Below are positions 38,355 to 49,219 of a stretch of DNA of 64,000 nucleotides, piece by piece (the first letter of the stretch is position 1; every line of letters begins with the position of its first letter). This DNA comes from Macrostomum lignano. Lineage: Eukaryota. Location of the stretch: the NCBI GenBank assembly GCA_002269645.1, contig NIVC01002695.1:62001-126000 (forward strand), read 5' to 3'. Below the pieces are notes generated by a model, which searched no databases, was not told the DNA's origin, and saw nothing but the letters and a program-made list of their open reading frames with translations. The position numbers and the translations under genes were made by a program.

Positions 38355-40566
38355 CGAGTGGAACTCCTCCTTCGGAGGAGAAAGGGGAAGAACTCCCATC
38401 ACCGGAATTCTATTCCCTGAAATATCCATCAACTGAAATTCCATGTCTTTAACCCTATCTTCCAAATCGTCTCCAAATTCTTTACAAAATCTTTCAAAGA
38501 CCATAGCTCAAAGACTCTCAAGTCTCTCATATCTCCTCTCTCCTCTCTTTCATCTCATCTCTACCCCTGTTCCCTTATTTATCTCTTCTCCCTCGTCTTT
38601 CGTCTGTACCTTCTCCTGTCTTCTGTCTCCTCTCTTCACTCTTATCTCTCCTCTTCTCTCCTCTCTCATATGTCATCTCTACTCACTTATCTATCGTCTC
38701 TCTTAACCCTCTCTCTCTCTTCTCTTTTCTCTTCTCTCTGCTCTCATTTCTCATATTTCATATACGCTCTGACACTACTTTCTTGTCTCCCATCTTTCTT
38801 CCTCCTTTTCACTATCCCCTGTCTCTTCTCTTCTCTCTTTTCTATTCTCTCCATTCTCTCTTTTCTCCTTTCCTTGCTCCTTTCATCTCTCTCCTCTCTC
38901 CTCACTCTCTTCTCCTTTCGCTTCTCTCTCCTCTCTCTCCTCTCATCTTTACTACCTTATTTATATCTTCTCCCTAGTCTTTCGTCTGTACTCTCTCCTG
39001 TCTCCTCTCTCCCCTCCTCTCTCATCCCTCATCTCCTCATCTCCTCATCTCACTCTTTCTTTCTCCTCTACTCTCCCCTCTCTTCTATTGCCTCTGTACG
39101 CTCTTATCCCTCATCTATTCTCTCTCCTATCATCTCCAATCGGTCATGTCTAATCTCTCCACTCAATTTTACTCTGTTTTCTATCATCTCTTCTCTCTTC
39201 TCTTTTCAGTCTTCTCTTTACTCTCTTCTCTGACTGATTGAAGATGCCAAATCCATCAAGATCCTCTCCGCGAAGCAAAAATCCTGTCTGTGCAACTAAA
39301 AACCATCGAAATCCTCTCAGTGAAACTGGACTCCTTCGAAATCCTCTCCTTGAAACCTGAATCCATCAAAATTGTTTCCATAAAACAGAAATCTATCATA
39401 AATTATCTCAGCGAAACAGAAAGCCTCTCCGTGAAGCTGAACATGATCGAAATCCTCTCCGTGAAACTGAACACCATGGAAATCCTTTCGTGAAACTGAA
39501 CATCATCGAAATCCTCTCCACGAAACAGAAATCTTCTCCGTCAGAATTTAAACATTGAAATCGTCTCCGCTAAACTTGACTTAATCGAATTTTTTCCGTC
39601 AAACAACTCAACTCGCCAGATTCATTAGGGTTAGGGTTAGGGTTAGGGTTAGGGTTAGAACTACGCACAGCTTCGTGTTAAAAGGCACAGATAAAAATAT
39701 TGAACTAATTGAATCAATTCATTGCGCAACCGATTTCACAGTCAGTCAGTATCAGCCTCAGGTAAAGTTAACAAAAGATTGCGCAATCTAAATCAACCCT
39801 CCAATCCACAGCTGTAGTGAGAAGTTGAACCCTCCCCCCAACTTTATCTATTACGTCTTGCAAAACTGAGTACAATATTTGCAAAAAGTTAAAAGTATGG
39901 AAATAGTTTTCCAAATGCTGTGCTTTTTCTTTTCATAGTTAAAGCAAACAACTTATATCCCGAACTCAGCGTTGCAAGATCTTGCCAGCAATATAAGTTT
40001 CTCCTCTCAAAGTTTAAAACTCGAGGAACAGTTAGCGTTTGAAACTGTCTGATTTATAGCATTGAAGAATCGAGTGTACGTTCACTGCCTGCTTGCAAGT
40101 TGATGCATTGAATTTCAATGTCCAACAAATACACAGGACTGCCCATTGATAGGCAGGAAAACTTATCAGTAGCCATATCATTGCGCAATTATCTATAAAG
40201 TCAGCCAGTGAGCCAGGGTCCAATTGTACACACGCCGCCAATGAGAACGCGCCCATTCCCCACAGGAGAGAAAATGCACTGGCGACATAGGAAAAAGTTG
40301 TGGCGTAATCACTCAAAATTTATGCCAATTTTCAGCTCCGAGCAGAAAGAGGGGACAATTAAGATTATCAAAGGTCAAGACCGCCGTTTTCTGCTTTTTT
40401 AGGGATCTTAAAAATTGAAAATGAAATATTAAAATAGCCTAAAGCCATCCTCGGAAAATTTGCAGTTTTCCCATATAAGTTTCAACGCTGAGTTGCAAGT
40501 ATTCTAGGAGGAGTTATCGAACTGACATACAGACAGACAAACAACGCGTCAACTTTAGTATATAGA
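38355..40566 (-). mobile_element. Family C copy C10
   Basis: Flush CTCG|TC junctions; (TTAGGG)5 at 39625-39658; the 3' half closely resembles C9. Confidence 0.7.
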
Positions 40567-42045
40567 CGAGTGGAACTCCTCCTTCGGAGGAGAAAGGGGA
40601 AGAACTCCCATCACCGGAATTCCATTCCCTGAATTATCCATCAACTGAAATTCCATGTCTTGAACCCCATCTTCCAAATCGTCTCCAAATTCTTTACAAA
40701 CCTTTCAAAGACCATAGCTCAAAGACTCTTACGTCTCTCATATCTCCTCTCTCCTCTCTTCGCTATTATCGTGACTCTCTTCTCTCTCCTCTCTCTCATC
40801 TCATCTCTACCCCTACTCACTTATTTATCTCTTCTCCCTCGCCTTTCGTCTGTACCCTCTTTTGTCTTTTGTCTTGCTTCTTCTCTCTTATCTCTCCCTC
40901 TTCTCTTCTCTCTCATATGTCATCTCTACTCACTTATCTATCGTCTCTCTTAACCCTCTCTCTCTCTTCTCTTTTCTCTCCTCTCTGCTCTCATTTCTCA
41001 AATTTTATATACGCTCTCACACTCTCACACACACTCTCTCTCACGCTCTTATCCCTCATCTATTCTCTCTCCTATCATCTCTCCTGTCTCCCTCTGCTAT
41101 CTCATATCTCCCCTCTCATCTCCTCTCTCCTCTTCTCTTCTCTCTCCCTCTTCATTCTCGCCTTACTCTCCTATTTTCTCCCATTTGTCATCTCTAATCT
41201 CTCCTCTCTCATATCTACTCTTTTCTATAATCTCTTTTCTCTTTTCTCTGACTGACTGAAGGTACCAAATCCATCGAAATCCTCCGTCAAATAGAAATCC
41301 ATCAAAATTCTCTCCGAGAAACAGAAATGTATCAAAATTTTCTTTGGGAAACTGAAAGCCATCAAAATCGTCTCTGTGAAACAGAACTTTATCAAATAAT
41401 ACATTATATCTACATGACAAAAATATTAAGTTTTTAGTTATATTTATTACATAAATTACATTGTCACAAAACACAATCCACAGCAACCGTTGAAGTCGAT
41501 AAGCATTAGAAAGCTATGGTAGAGCATCGCAATACATGTTAAGATTGACATCGGAAATAATAGGGGAAGGCGGAAATGCTACACCAAAAGCGAAGGGCAA
41601 CGCATTCACTGACGAATGACCAAAAAGTGACTGACAGGCATGACCGAGAAAGATTACAAAAAGAGAAAGTGCGACTTCCTGCTCGAGGCGATGCTGGCGG
41701 TCGGCCTCGTCCTCAGCTGCGCGGTCTTCAGCTGTGCGCAGCCGGTTCTGCTTGAGGCGATGCTGGCGCTCGGCCTCGCCCTCAACTGCGCGTCTTTCCG
41801 CCTGGCAAAGCCTATTCTGCTCCAGGCGTGCTGCATGCTCCTCTGGTGTCTCGGAGTCCCTCCGCTTCTTGGCACCAGATGCAGCGCGTGTAGAGCGGGA
41901 CAAATTGCCTCGACCGCGTTTAGGCATTACAAAAAAAGGAATATATTTGAAGAAAATATTTTAAAAAATATTGAGAGGCGATTGAAACAATCCGGCCAAG
42001 TGTGGATCGGTGGTATCGAAACAAAACGTGACTTTATATAAAGCA
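40567..42045 (-). mobile_element. Chimeric Helitron: autonomous-type head (~41390-42045) fused to a family C 3' end
   Basis: C-type hairpin+CTCG at 40570-40567. C homology stops at ~41390. The AT-rich head TTTATATAAAG at ~42040 lies about 115 nt upstream of the STPR ORF. Confidence 0.55.
41679..41927 (-). pseudogene. N-terminal fragment of a Helitron RepHel-like protein with STPR-type 23-aa repeats
   Basis: MPKRGRGNLSRSTRAA followed by ETPEEHAARLEQNRLCQAERRAV / EGEAERQHRLKQNRLRTAEDRAA / EDEADRQHRLEQ. No Rep or helicase motifs follow. Confidence 0.6.
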
Positions 42046-42046
42046 A

Positions 42047-43579
42047 TTAGCTGTCCCGTGCCTGCAGCTTTGCGTCACTAAATCTCCACTTCTCTACACC
42101 AAGTGTACAAACATCGCTTTGATGAGTAAAACTGCTGCCTAACCAACCAATCAGCGGACAGTTCTCTGTGGACTAAATTTTATCTTATCTTCAATGTACA
42201 TACAGACAATCGATTTAATTTATTAATTTAGAATTCACCAATTACAATGCACGAAAAGGTGTGAATTCTTCATTGGGCCGGGGGTTGGGGTTAGGGTAAC
42301 CATAATTTCATCGTTCTTTCATTTCATTGCTATCTGTAGCCTACTGGGCATTCACTGTGTACACTGAACCCTATCACTTCACCGCGGCCCGCCACCCCTG
42401 GCCCCAACACGGGTTATTTGAATTGAATAGTGTCAGAAAATTTAAAGAAAGATTTTTCTTGAATGCTGTGCTTTTTGTTTTCATGATTAAAGCAAGAAAC
42501 TTATACCCCCCGAACTCAGCGTTGCAAGCTCTTTCCAGCAATATAAGTCTCTTCTCTTAAAGTTTAAAACTCGTGGAACAGTTGCCGTTTCTAATTTCCC
42601 AATTTCCCGACTGCTTGCCTGAGAGGCTCGCAATTTTGTACATTGAATTTCACTGCCAAGCTAATACACAGGGCCGATAATAAAAAAGTGAACCAATTGA
42701 ATCAATTGATTGCGCAATATATTTCTGTGTTAGTCAGTATAAGTCTCAGTTAAAGTTAACAAAAAGTTTGCGCAATCTAATCAACCCTCCAATACAAAGC
42801 AACTGACCCCCTTCCTATACACAGCGCCAGTTAGAAGTCGAAACCCCTAACTTTATCTATTACGTCTCGCAAAACTGAGTACAATTTTTGCAGAAAGTTT
42901 AAAGTATGGAAATTGTTTTTTTTAATGCTGTGCTTTTTCTTTTCATATTTAAAGCATACAACTTATATCCCCGAACTCAGCGTTGCAAGATCTTTCCAGC
43001 AATATAAGTCTCTCCTCTCAAAGTTTAAAACTCGAGCAACAGTTTGCGTTTGAAACTGTCTGATTTATAGCATTGAAGTATGGAGTGTACGTTCACTGCC
43101 TGCTTGCAAGTTGATGCATTGAATTTTAATGTCCAACAAATACACAGGGCTGCCCATTGAGAGGCAGGAAAACTTATCAGTAGCCATATCATTGCGCAAT
43201 TATCTATACAGTCAGCCAGTAAGCCAGGGTCCAAGTGTACACACGCAGCCACTGAGAACGCTCCCACCCCCCACTGGAAAGAAAATACACTACAGAGATA
43301 GGGAAAAGTTGTGGCGCAATCACTAAAAATTCGTGCATTTTTTCAGCTCCAAGCAGAAAGAGGGGACAAATAAGATTATCAAAGGTCAAGATTCAAGTTT
43401 TCTGCTTTTTTAGGGATCTTAACAATCGAAAATAAAATATTAAAATAGCCTATAGCCGACCTCGGATAATTTCCAATCTTCCCATATAAGTTTCAACGCT
43501 GAGTTGCCACTATTCAAGGAGGAGTTGTCGAAATGACACACAGACAGACAAACAACGCGTCAACTTTAGTATATATAGA
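42047..43579 (-). mobile_element. Chimeric Helitron: family C 5' part with a different hairpin+CTAA 3' end
   Basis: TCTATATATAC start at 43579. C homology runs down to ~42440. Ends GCTGCAGGCACGGGACAG-CTAA|T at 42050-42047. Confidence 0.5.
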
Positions 43580-43886
43580 TAGATAGAAGTTATCGAACTG
43601 ACATACAGACAGACAAACAACGCACCACTTTTAGTATTAAGAGGATAGATAGAAGTTATCGAACTGACATACAGACAGACAAACAACGCGTCAACTTTAG
43701 TATATATAGATAGATAGAGAGATATATATATAAGATAAGAGAAGAGAGAGAGAGAAGAGAAGAGAGAGAAGAGAAGAGAAGAGAGAGAAGAGATTAGAAG
43801 ATTAGAAGATTTAGAAGATTAGAAGATTAGATAGATTTAGATTAGAAGAAAATTAGAATTAGATTTTTAGTATATTGGAAGATGGA
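43580..43886. repeat. Junction filler: stacked 5'-terminal stubs plus (AGAT)/(AG)/(AAG)/(AGATT) microsatellites
   Basis: Two ~60-nt terminal stubs up to 43710, then low-complexity purine repeats, and a further terminus-like TTTTAGTATATTGGA at ~43865-43880. Confidence 0.8.
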
Positions 43887-44340
43887 AGATTAGCACTCAG
43901 CCCAGATTAGCACTCAGCCCAGATTAGCACTCAGCCCAGATTAGAACTCAGCCTAGATTAGCACTCAGCCCAGATTAGCACTCAGCCTAGATTAGCACTC
44001 AGCCCAGATTAGCACTCAGCCTAGATTAGCACTCAGCCCAGATTAGCACTCAGCCCAGATTAGCACTCAGCCCAGATTAGCACTCAGCCCAGATTAGCAC
44101 TCAGCCTAGATTAGCACTCAGCCGAGATTAGCACTCAGCCTAGATTAGCACTCAGCCCAGATTAGCACTCAGCCCAGATTAGCACTCAGCCCAGATTAGC
44201 ACTCAGCCCAGATTAGCACTCAGCCCAGATTAGCACTCAGCCTAGATTAGCACTCAGCCCAGATTAGCACTCAGCCCAGATTAGCACTCAGCCTAGATTA
44301 GCACTCAGCCCAGATTAGCACTCAGCCCAGATTAGCACCG
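43887..44340. repeat. 17-nt minisatellite (AGATTAGCACTCAGCCC), ~26 copies
   Basis: Highly homogeneous tandem units with a C/T variant. Confidence 0.95.
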
Positions 44341-45844
44341 CTCCACAGATTACCGCCGCTTCCCAGATAGTTTCACCTTCTCAGATTAGCACTACTTCTC
44401 CAGATTTGCACCACTCCGCAAAAATTCGCACCGCTACTTCCTCCAGATTAGCCCCAATCCCCCAGATTAGCCTCCCCCCTCCTTTATATTAGCCCCACTC
44501 CCTTAGATTAGCACCGCTCCCCAGATTAGCACCACTCCCAAACTGCTAAAAGGTGACTACTATTATCGCCTCAGAAGTTTAAAGTTAAACCCTCCCCAGA
44601 AATTGGCTGTTATCCCCACAACAACCTGAAGTTATCCCTTCTAATTCCGCAAAACAGACTGCAGTCATACAACTCATTTGCACTCTACAACTTTTATTAT
44701 TATTATTCATTTATCCCTCAGGGACCCAGAATTGTCCCTTCTGCAAGCTACAATTATTCACAGTTAGATATCCTCCTCAGAAGTCTGCCATTATTATCCT
44801 AGCAGTCTGCAGCTATCCACTCGGCAGTTTGCAGCTTATACGCTCATAAGTCTCGACTCGAGAAACTAACCAACGTCAGCAGTTTGCAGTTTGTCCCCTT
44901 TGCAGTCTGCAATGATCCTTTCAACAATGTAGAAATTAGCTCAGCATTTTATGGCTCACTAATCGATTTTCGATACATATCGGCAATCTCTTGCACCACT
45001 CAGCATTTAGCAATACCTCAGCAGTTTAGCAGCATCATCTGCAGTTTAGTAATTTAATCCCCTGCAGTTTACTAATATCTACTTCTATAGACCTAGATAA
45101 TAACAATTAATGGGATCTTAGAATTTTACAAATCAAATCAAATTTGCTTAGTGGCTTGTGCGAGTAGCAAAAATAAATTATTGTAATTAATAAAAAAAAT
45201 TAATTACAATTAATCAAAAACTGTTCAAAATAGTCGAGGTAGAAGCTACTAATGAATGAATTTATTTAATTTTAATTATCCGCTGGGGAGGCGGACTCGA
45301 ACCTTGGACCTTATGCCTAGCCTAAACCTAGTCCTAGTGCCTACACTGCGGCTATTCCGCCTACTGATCGGAGGGCGCAAAAATCAGCCATATATGCTTC
45401 GGCACTGCAGTCAAATACATAGCAGTGATAGGCTGCTCAGTGTGCACAGGTTGTGCAGGCAGAGCCAATGCATAGTTGAGTGAAATCTATAAATAGCAAT
45501 TGTTTATGCAGTCAGCCAGAGCAGAATGTACACACGCCGCCACTGAGCATTATTTTCCTCTCCCTTATAGAGAAAAGTTGTGGCGCAATCTTAATTGGAA
45601 TTGAAATTCAGTTAGTGAGATTTTGACCTTTTCTAGCCTCCCATTGAAAGCATTAGAAAAACTCGTTTTTCGAATATTTAACCAACTTCCCATTCGAATT
45701 TTTCAATGCAATTACACCCACACAATCTCACAAGAATTTTGAGTTGAATAAAGCAAGTTTGAAAAAAATCGGTTCAGGCATTCAGGCTGTAGACTGAAAT
45801 ACCGGTCAAACAAACCTTAGAGATTTAGTATATTGTGATGATGA
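43887..45844 (-). mobile_element. Helitron-like element, family D, copy D1 (3' end replaced by a 17-nt minisatellite)
   Basis: 5' end TCATCATCACAATATACTAAATCT at 45844, flush to the CTAG of D2. Homologous to D2 and B. Confidence 0.6.
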
Positions 45845-48676
45845 CTAGCCATTTTGCCCCCCTCCGGGTGGCTTCTTAGCAGTTTAGCGCTTGTCTATAA
45901 GCAGTTTTGCACAGTCGCTGAGCAAATCTCACTAATCTCCAAGCAGTTCTGCAGTAGCAAATCTCTAAGCAGTTGTACACCAATTTTACTGAGACTAAAA
46001 AGTTCGAAAAAGTTACATTTCTTAATGTTTGAAACTTTGCAATGTCAATTCATTTATAGTTCTTTTATGATTATTTGTTATTTTTAAATCCTCACCAGAT
46101 TAGTACAATTCTCCTACATTAGCCCTACACCCCCAGATTAGCCCTACTTCCCCCAGATTAGCACTGCTCCACAGATTACCGCCGCTTCCCAGATAGTTTC
46201 ACCTCCCCAGATTAGCACTACTTCTCCAGATTCGCACCACTCCGCAAAAATTCGCATCGCTACTTCTTCTAGATTAGCCCCAATCCCCCAGATTAGCCCC
46301 AATCCCTCAGATTAGCCCTAATCCAGCAGATTAGCCCCCACTCCCTTAAATCAGCACCGCTCCCCAGATTAGCCCCCACTCCCTTAAATCAGCACCGCTC
46401 CCCAGATTAGCACCACTTCCAAACTGCTAAAAGGCGACTACTATTATCGCCTCAGAAGTTTAAAGTTAAACCCTCCCCAGAAATCGGCAGTTATCCCCAA
46501 AACAACCTGAAATTATCCCTTCTAATTCCGCAAAACAGACTGCAGTCATACAACTCATTTGTACTCTGCAACTTTTATTATTATTATTCATTTATCCCTC
46601 AAGGACCCAGAATTGTCCCCACAGCAAGCTAAAACTATTCACAGTTAGATATCCTCCTCAGAAGTCTGCCATTATTATCCTAGCAGTCTGCAGCTATCCC
46701 CTCAGCAGTTTGCAGCTTATACGCTCATAAGTCTCGAGAAACTAACTAACGTCAGCAGTTTGCAGTTTGTCCCCTTTGCAGTCTGCAATGATCCCTTCAA
46801 CAATCTGCTGTTCCCCTCAGCAGTCTGCAGTCAATTCATTTGCAGTCAGCAAGTGTTTCCTTAATAATTCTCATTTATCCTCTTAGCAGTCTGCAGTTCT
46901 CTCAGCTGGCCCCTCAATGATTTAAAAATTTGCTCAGCATTTACTACGGCTCACTAATCGATTTTCGATACATATCGCCAGTCTTGCGCAACTCAGCATT
47001 TAGCAATACCTTCAGGAGTTTAGCTGCTTAGCAGCATCGTCTGCGATTTAGCAGCCTATGACTGCATTGTACGGCTCACTGATTAGCACTGCTCTAGAAG
47101 CTTAACGCAGCCCCAGCAAAAGTATCTTTAAATTTAAATTTTTAATACCTGCATGACAATGATTATTCTCACAGGTCACAAAGATAAATTCGCTGCTTCA
47201 ATGCAGACTCGAACTGCCGACTTTCTGCTTAGCCTATGCCTGTTATTGCCTTCTATAGTAACAGGCATAGCTAGGCTAAGCCTGGCTATTTTGCCTATTG
47301 ACAGATGGTAAAAAAATCCTTATAATATTCAACAAGTTTAGTAACTTCAGCAGTTCGAATATAACCTTTCTCAGTCTCCCCCCAGAAATTGGCAGTTATC
47401 CCCCACAACAACCTGAAATTAGCTATCCCTTTTAATCCCACAAACAGACTGCAGTCATACTCTTAGCAGCCTGCAGAATATCCACTGTGCCGTCTACAAC
47501 TTTCATTAACATCAGCAAACTACAATACTTCACTCAGCAGTCCGCAGTTATCCACTGAACAACTTGCACTTAATTCTTCACAGCTATTATCCACTTTAAA
47601 CTCTGTAGATAGTTATCCCCTCAACAGTTTGCTGCTATGCACTCATAAGTGTGGAGGAACTACCACAGCAATCAGTATCAGTATCAGCATCAGTATCCTC
47701 AGCAAACTGCAATGATCCTTTCAACAATGTAGAAATTAGCTCAGCATTGTATGGCTTACTAATCGATTTTCGATACATATCGGCAATCCTTTGCACCACT
47801 CAACATTTAGCAATACCTCCAGCAGTTTAGCAGCATCGTCTGCAGTTGAGTAATTTAATTAATACTTCCATAGACCTAGATAATAACAATTAATGGGATC
47901 TTAGGATTTTACAAATCAAATCAAATTTGCTTAGTGGCTTGTGCGAGTAGCAAAAATAAATTATTGTAATTAATAAAAGAATTTTAATTGCTCAGGCAAT
48001 AGATAATTAATCAAGCAATTCTCAAAATAGTCGAGGCACAAACTACTAATAGATGAATTTATTTAATTTTAATTATCCGCTGGGGAGGCGGACTCGAACC
48101 TTGGACCTTATGCCTAGCCCAAACCTAGTCCTAGTGCCTACACTGCGGCTATTCCGCCTACTGATCGGAGGGCACAAAAATCAGCCATATATGCTTCGGC
48201 ACTGCAGTCAAATACAGAGCAGTGATAGGCTGCTCAGTGTGCACAGGTTGTATGCATGCAGGCAGAGCCAATGCACAGTTGAGTGAAATCTATTTATAGC
48301 AATTGTCTATGCAGTCTGCCAGTCAGCCAGGGTCAGAATGTACACACGCAGCCACTGAGCATTTCCTCTCCCTTATTGCAGCCAGTATTGAGGCGTACAC
48401 AGTGAACAGAGAAAAGTTGTGGCGCAATCTTAATTGGAATTGAAATTCAGTTAGTGAGATTTTGACCTTTTCTAGCCTCCCATTGAAAGCATAGGGAAAA
48501 CTCGTTTTTCGAATATTTAACCATCTTCCCATTCGAATTTTTTAAATGCAATTACACCCACACAATCTCACAAGAATTTGCAATTGAATAAAGCAAGTTT
48601 GAAAAAAATCGGTTCAGGCATTCAGGCTGTGGACTGGAATACCGGTCAAACAAACCTTAGAGATTTAGTATATTGA
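45845..48676 (-). mobile_element. Helitron-like element, family D, copy D2 (complete)
   Basis: A|TCAATATACTAAATCT start at 48676; hairpin (~45858-45873) plus CTAG end at 45848-45845. Confidence 0.7.
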
Positions 48677-48806
48677 TGAAATGAAATGATGATGATGATG
48701 AGAATGATATATTGTGATGATGATTGTGAGAGTGATGATGATGATGAATGATGATGATGATGTGATGATGATGAATGATGATGATGTGATGATGATGATG
48801 AATGAT
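48677..48806. repeat. Imperfect (ATG/TGA)n microsatellite abutting the D2 5' terminus
   Basis: Visible directly in the sequence. Confidence 0.9.
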
Positions 48807-49190
48807 TTCTATTTCAGAATGAGGGATTTTAATTTCAATATGCGATTTCTATTTCAGAATGAGGGATTTCAATTTCAGAATATGAGATTTCTATTTCAGA
48901 ATATGGGATTTCAATTTCAGAATATGAGATTTCTATTTCAGAATAGGGGATTTCAATTTCAGAATATGAGATTTCTATTTCAGAATAGGGGATTTCTATT
49001 TCAGAATATGGGATTTCTATTGATATTTCAGAATATGGGATTTCTATTGATATTTCAGAATATGGGATTTCTATTTCAGAATATGGGATTTCTATTTCAG
49101 AATATGAGATTTCTATTTCAGAATAGGGGATTTCTATTTCAGAATATGGGATTTCTATTTCAGAATATGGGATTTCTATTTCAGAGTATG
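48807..49190. repeat. 21-nt minisatellite (GATTTCTATTTCAGAATATGG), ~17 copies, at the 3' end of the intron preceding the ERLEC1 exon
   Basis: Tandem units; source of the QNMGFLF/EIEIPYS ORFs. Confidence 0.95.
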
Positions 49191-49219
49191 ATATATGGGA
49201 CCGCCGGTTATTCCCGCAG

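Noticed and set aside
45279-45361. Functional tRNA gene (Leu-TAG, or a TTA suppressor by an alternative fold)
   Set aside because: The acceptor and T stems do not pair canonically and the anticodon assignment depends on the fold chosen. Kept only as a tRNA-like module.
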